Origin: a virus
Lineage: Duplodnaviria > Caudoviricetes
DNA: 56,129 bases
Reading direction: 5' to 3' (one strand)
Virus record (IMG/VR): IMGVR_UViG_3300047439_000002
Location: 1-56,129 of that record
Part shown: one piece after another, positions 52,498-56,129 of the stretch
How the letters are laid out: every line of letters starts with the position of its first letter
Numbering within the stretch: the stretch's first letter is position 1
The notes under the pieces: model-generated
What the model was told of the DNA's origin: nothing
Seen by the model: only the letters and a program-made list of their open reading frames with translations
The model's database searches: none
Made by a program: the position numbers and the translations under genes

Positions 52498-53376
52498 TTA
52501 TGAAACTCGACCAAGCCGAGCCATGTTCGCCCTGGTGCGCCGAGCAATCTCGTCGTCAAACTTACCGGCCTCCAAGGCTTCCTTGAACTTCTGACGCGGC
52601 ATCGTCACGTAGGTCAGGTAACAGAAGCAGTTCGGATGTGGCTTATCCGGGATGTCGTCAGGCGGATACGGGCTCTCGGCAGCGTACTGGTTGCACTCGT
52701 CAGGCACCTTGTGAGAGCCCGACAGGTTCCACTCCACTCCCATAACGCCAGGGCGTGTGGCACCCGCAACCTGCCGCTCATGAAAGGCATTGTTGATCTC
52801 GGTCCGAGCCAGCCGCATAGCGGAGTAGGACTGCCCTCCCGGCGCTGTCGGACTGACGTGCTTATACACCTCGTCTGCCAGCTCTCGAGCGGAGAGGTTA
52901 GCGACCAGCCCTGACCGGATGATGTCCTCTATCTTGCCCATCGAAAGGGATTCCTGCCGGTACACCCGCGCTGACAGCTCTCGCTTACGCCGGGCAGCGT
53001 CCGACTTGATACCCGATGCAGCGGACAGCCTCAGAGACCGCACAAGCTCATCAGCGGCCTGTTCCGACAGGGATGCGTACGCAACCCGTGTTAACGCCTC
53101 TACGGCGCTCTCACCGGCCTTCTGGGCATCCTCGATGCGCTGGATGATGAGTGGGCCGATCGCGCCCCGCCACAGTTCACGCTCTAGCTTGCGAATCGCT
53201 GCCAGGGTCAGGCTAAGCTGAGAAGCACGAACCTCGCCGCCCACTCCGGCAGCCATGCGAGCAATGCGCCGCTTGATTAGCCGAGCCGTGATCTCCAAGA
53301 TGCGGCCCAGGTCACGCTCAGCCTGGCCCTGCACCCGTCGATACGGCTGGAACTCACTCGGACTCGGCTGAGCCAT
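52498..53376 (-). CDS. MuF-like minor capsid / head morphogenesis protein
   Basis: RLARTEINNA, W.LS..H, D.C, PHPNCFC. Confidence 0.88.
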   Translation of the reverse strand: MAQPSPSEFQPYRRVQGQAERDLGRILEITARLIKRRIARMAAGVGGEVRASQLSLTLAAIRKLERELWRGAIGPLIIQRIEDAQKAGESAVEALTRVAYASLSEQAADELVRSLRLSAASGIKSDAARRKRELSARVYRQESLSMGKIEDIIRSGLVANLSARELADEVYKHVSPTAPGGQSYSAMRLARTEINNAFHERQVAGATRPGVMGVEWNLSGSHKVPDECNQYAAESPYPPDDIPDKPHPNCFCYLTYVTMPRQKFKEALEAGKFDDEIARRTRANMARLGRVS

Positions 53377-54829
53377 CGTCGGTCTCTTCGTTCAGTCGCG
53401 CACCGAAGTCGGAAGCGTTACGTGCCCGGTACTCCGCCTCGGCTCGTACGCCGATCCCCTCCGGGAACACGTACCCCAACTTCTTGACCTCGGTCCGGTA
53501 GTACTCCGTGTCGATCACGCCTCGATCGAACATGTCGTTCAGCTCGGCGAACCGCTCCTCACGGTTGATCGGAACGCCTGCCGATACGAAGCAATCCACC
53601 GTGACCTGATCGAACGTCGTCTCCTCGTAAGCGGGCATCCACATGGTGAGGATGTCGTAGAACAACTGGTTGTGAGTGTCCAGCAACAGGTCGTTCTTCT
53701 CACCCGCCTTCGCGAGCATCGGAGACATCTGCAACGCCAGGGCGATACCCGAGGACGCGACCTGTACGTCTACCGATCCGATAGCCACATCCGGAGTGGA
53801 CGATGACTGACGCAGCGCCTCCCACAGTCGACGGTAGTGCTCGCCATAGGACTCGGCCAGGTTACCCACCCCGGCTACCTTGTCGAACTTGCTACCATCG
53901 TGGTGGACCACACGCCCAGGGCCCATCTTCCAGGGCACCGGCTGTCGGGTAACGGGGTCGATCGGGTGAGACGCATCGGTAGCGTACATACCGATTCCCA
54001 TCATCGCGAGCGCCAGGGATTCATCGCTCACGGCCTGGTTCATCGCACCCATGATCCGCTCGAGTCCTCGGACCTCGGAACTGCCGAAGGGATTACCCGG
54101 CTCCTCCGTGTTCTTGGTGTGGTACACCGGGATAGAGTGGATGTCGTCAGGCATAGCGGTTACCGGCCGGATTACCGTCTCCGGCTTAGCATCCGGCCCT
54201 CCCCACTTGTCGGTCTTGAAGATGCCTTCCTCGACAGTGATCTGGGTCTCACCAGTGGCCGAAGGAACCTTGCGATATGTCAGCCGCCGGATGCGAGGAC
54301 CGTCCGTAGTGGAGATCGTCTCCACCAGGTGAACACCCACGATCCGGTCTACGTCGTCGTCGTCCGTGATCGGGAAGTACATAGCCGGGTCCAGCGCAGT
54401 GATGCGCAAGCGCTTACCGACCGGCTTCGTCTCGTCCGCCGTCAGGTGCCAGATCGCGTCGCCCTGGATCAGCCCGTATCGCTTGTACCCGTTGAACTTT
54501 GAGCGGAACTTCTCCCGCTTCATGAAGTCCGCCAGGGCCAGCTGAGCACCCGCCACAGTAGCCGCAGCGGTTCCACTCACGACGGGGCGGAAGTCCGAGC
54601 CGTAGTACCGGTTCGTGGTGTCCACGATGGTCCGGGTAGCCGGGATGTAGATGGGCAGGGTGTTGGTTCCCCGGAGCGAGACCTTGAACGTGTCAGGGAC
54701 GTTCCAGTACATCTCTTCGTATGCCTGGTAGGACTGGATACGCAGAACGTCCAGCGGGTCAGGAATCCAACTGGGCTTCTGCCCGAAGAACTCCGCACCC
54801 GTGGTGTACGGCGTGAACTCGCCTGCCAT
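53354..54829 (-). CDS. Portal protein
   Basis: 491 aa after terL; FGSSE, SGIALAL. Confidence 0.88.
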   Translation of the reverse strand: MAGEFTPYTTGAEFFGQKPSWIPDPLDVLRIQSYQAYEEMYWNVPDTFKVSLRGTNTLPIYIPATRTIVDTTNRYYGSDFRPVVSGTAAATVAGAQLALADFMKREKFRSKFNGYKRYGLIQGDAIWHLTADETKPVGKRLRITALDPAMYFPITDDDDVDRIVGVHLVETISTTDGPRIRRLTYRKVPSATGETQITVEEGIFKTDKWGGPDAKPETVIRPVTAMPDDIHSIPVYHTKNTEEPGNPFGSSEVRGLERIMGAMNQAVSDESLALAMMGIGMYATDASHPIDPVTRQPVPWKMGPGRVVHHDGSKFDKVAGVGNLAESYGEHYRRLWEALRQSSSTPDVAIGSVDVQVASSGIALALQMSPMLAKAGEKNDLLLDTHNQLFYDILTMWMPAYEETTFDQVTVDCFVSAGVPINREERFAELNDMFDRGVIDTEYYRTEVKKLGYVFPEGIGVRAEAEYRARNASDFGARLNEETDDGSAESE

Positions 54830-54837
54830 CGCTCACC

Positions 54838-56129
54838 TCAACCGTTCATGTTCGCAGTGGAGACGAAAGAACCCCCACCGGTAGCGGACTTACCGAAGTA
54901 ACCACGGAAGAACCGTCCCAATGCCTCGACTCCGTGATTGTCTTTGTCGAGGGGATTCTCAGAATCGGACCTTTGCTCAGACTTGTGCTCGGGCCAGCGA
55001 TATGCTTCTCGCATCTCCCAGGCCAAAGTGGTGCAATGAGTTCGATCAATCATAAGGGTCGGTCGGCGCTCGGGATCGCCCTCGGGCAAGTGGGTGTTCT
55101 TGACCTTCAATGATCGCCGTATGTGCGATAGGCGAACCTTGATCTCACCACCGGTGTTCTTGTTCGCCGGAACCCTGAGCTCTCGGACCATCGTGCGCGT
55201 GTCGTCCGGCTCGGCAGGATCCGGGTACAGCATAGACGTGACGCGCACCAGACCAGGGTATTCCTGTTTGAGATCGGCACAGACCTCGATGGTGTCTAGT
55301 TCTTGACGCCGGAACTCCCGGAGCACTCGGATATCTCCGAAGGGCGAGACCTGGATGAACAGCACCACGAAGGGGTTAGTAAATCCATAGTCGACAGCCA
55401 TGTAGGTAGCCCAGGACGGGTCGTAGTCGAAGTCACCGAGGTGGATATCGTCGTCGTATTCCTTCATGACGACGCCAGTCTTATCAGTGAACTCCGCCCC
55501 GTACTGCCTATCGAACTCGTCCTTGGTCAGGTCCTCCTCGGCTTCAAGGATTTCCGGATCCTGCCGCCCAGTCGGGAAGACAATGTCGTTAGTCCACGAA
55601 GGGCGCTTCCACGATCCCCACGAGGCGAACCGAGACGACTGCCCGCGCTCGTACAGGGCGTACAGCAACGAGTTCTCGGACTTGCCCTCTGGCACCCCAG
55701 AGAACACCGCCTCGCCTCGCCTATCCGATAGCGCAGGCCGGATGTACTGCCCCCAGGTTTGTCGCTTGTGGCGTCCAGCCTCCACCATCAGCACCCAGTC
55801 AAGGCCTTCACCAACCAGCCGATCCGGATGCTGGGCAGACTTACCAACGACCTCGGCACCCCAAGACGTGATGATGTGCAGCGCTCCGCTATCGCTGTTC
55901 TTCTGAAACTTGATAGCGTCCTTGTCTACCCCGATCTTGCGCAAATCATCGTAGATGATCCGGAACTCTTTCTCCGCATCGGTGTAGTTAGGTCCGACCA
56001 CCCACCCCATCGATGGCTTCGTGGGATCGAACAGGGAAGGCGTGAGCACCCGAGTAGCGTACTCATGCCCCCCGAAGAACGTCTTGCCCCAGCGCCGACC
56101 ACACCGCACGACCTTGAACCGCGTACGGT
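54838..56129 (-). CDS. terL: Terminase large subunit, 3' part (full gene about 458 aa across the origin)
   Basis: GRRWGKT, GEGLD..VEA, VDYGF, DKDNHGVEA. Confidence 0.95.
   Translation of the reverse strand, partial: RTRFKVVRCGRRWGKTFFGGHEYATRVLTPSLFDPTKPSMGWVVGPNYTDAEKEFRIIYDDLRKIGVDKDAIKFQKNSDSGALHIITSWGAEVVGKSAQHPDRLVGEGLDWVLMVEAGRHKRQTWGQYIRPALSDRRGEAVFSGVPEGKSENSLLYALYERGQSSRFASWGSWKRPSWTNDIVFPTGRQDPEILEAEEDLTKDEFDRQYGAEFTDKTGVVMKEYDDDIHLGDFDYDPSWATYMAVDYGFTNPFVVLFIQVSPFGDIRVLREFRRQELDTIEVCADLKQEYPGLVRVTSMLYPDPAEPDDTRTMVRELRVPANKNTGGEIKVRLSHIRRSLKVKNTHLPEGDPERRPTLMIDRTHCTTLAWEMREAYRWPEHKSEQRSDSENPLDKDNHGVEALGRFFRGYFGKSATGGGSFVSTANMNG

Noticed and set aside
56003-56129. Biological direct terminal repeat
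   Set aside because: Exactly 127 nt and inside terL, so an assembler overlap.

Overview
The window appears to be a complete, circularly permuted genome of a high-GC lytic siphovirus (56,002 bp; bases 1-127 are repeated at 56003-56129 as an assembly overlap). An actinobacterial host, possibly Micromonosporaceae, is inferred from the lysin and membrane-protein style. The late module runs on the minus strand from about 8.8 kb through the origin to 36.1 kb: fibre, metalloprotease, terS/terL, portal, scaffold, capsid, tail and lysis genes. A primase-helicase and a plus-strand replication module (11.6-25.2 kb) follow, then a minus-strand early module of small genes with many host-type promoters (25.3-35.4 kb). 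I saw no integrase, repressor or CRISPR array. Best leads: (1) a ~600-nt structured non-coding locus at 34.1-34.7 kb with two aberrant tRNA-like domains, a free-standing CAU anticodon stem-loop, a kissing loop, and a terminal hairpin whose loop is antisense to the ACAACGACG motif at the 5' ends of many phage mRNAs; (2) a pyrimidine-substitution cassette with two thymidylate-synthase-fold proteins, both with Asp at the dCMP-specificity position, next to a kinase, a dCTP/dUTPase, a dCMP deaminase and a PolA with a degenerate UDG domain; (3) four early proteins sharing a His/Cys N-terminal tag; (4) two unexplained DNA repeat families. All calls are by-eye motif recognition; no searches were run.
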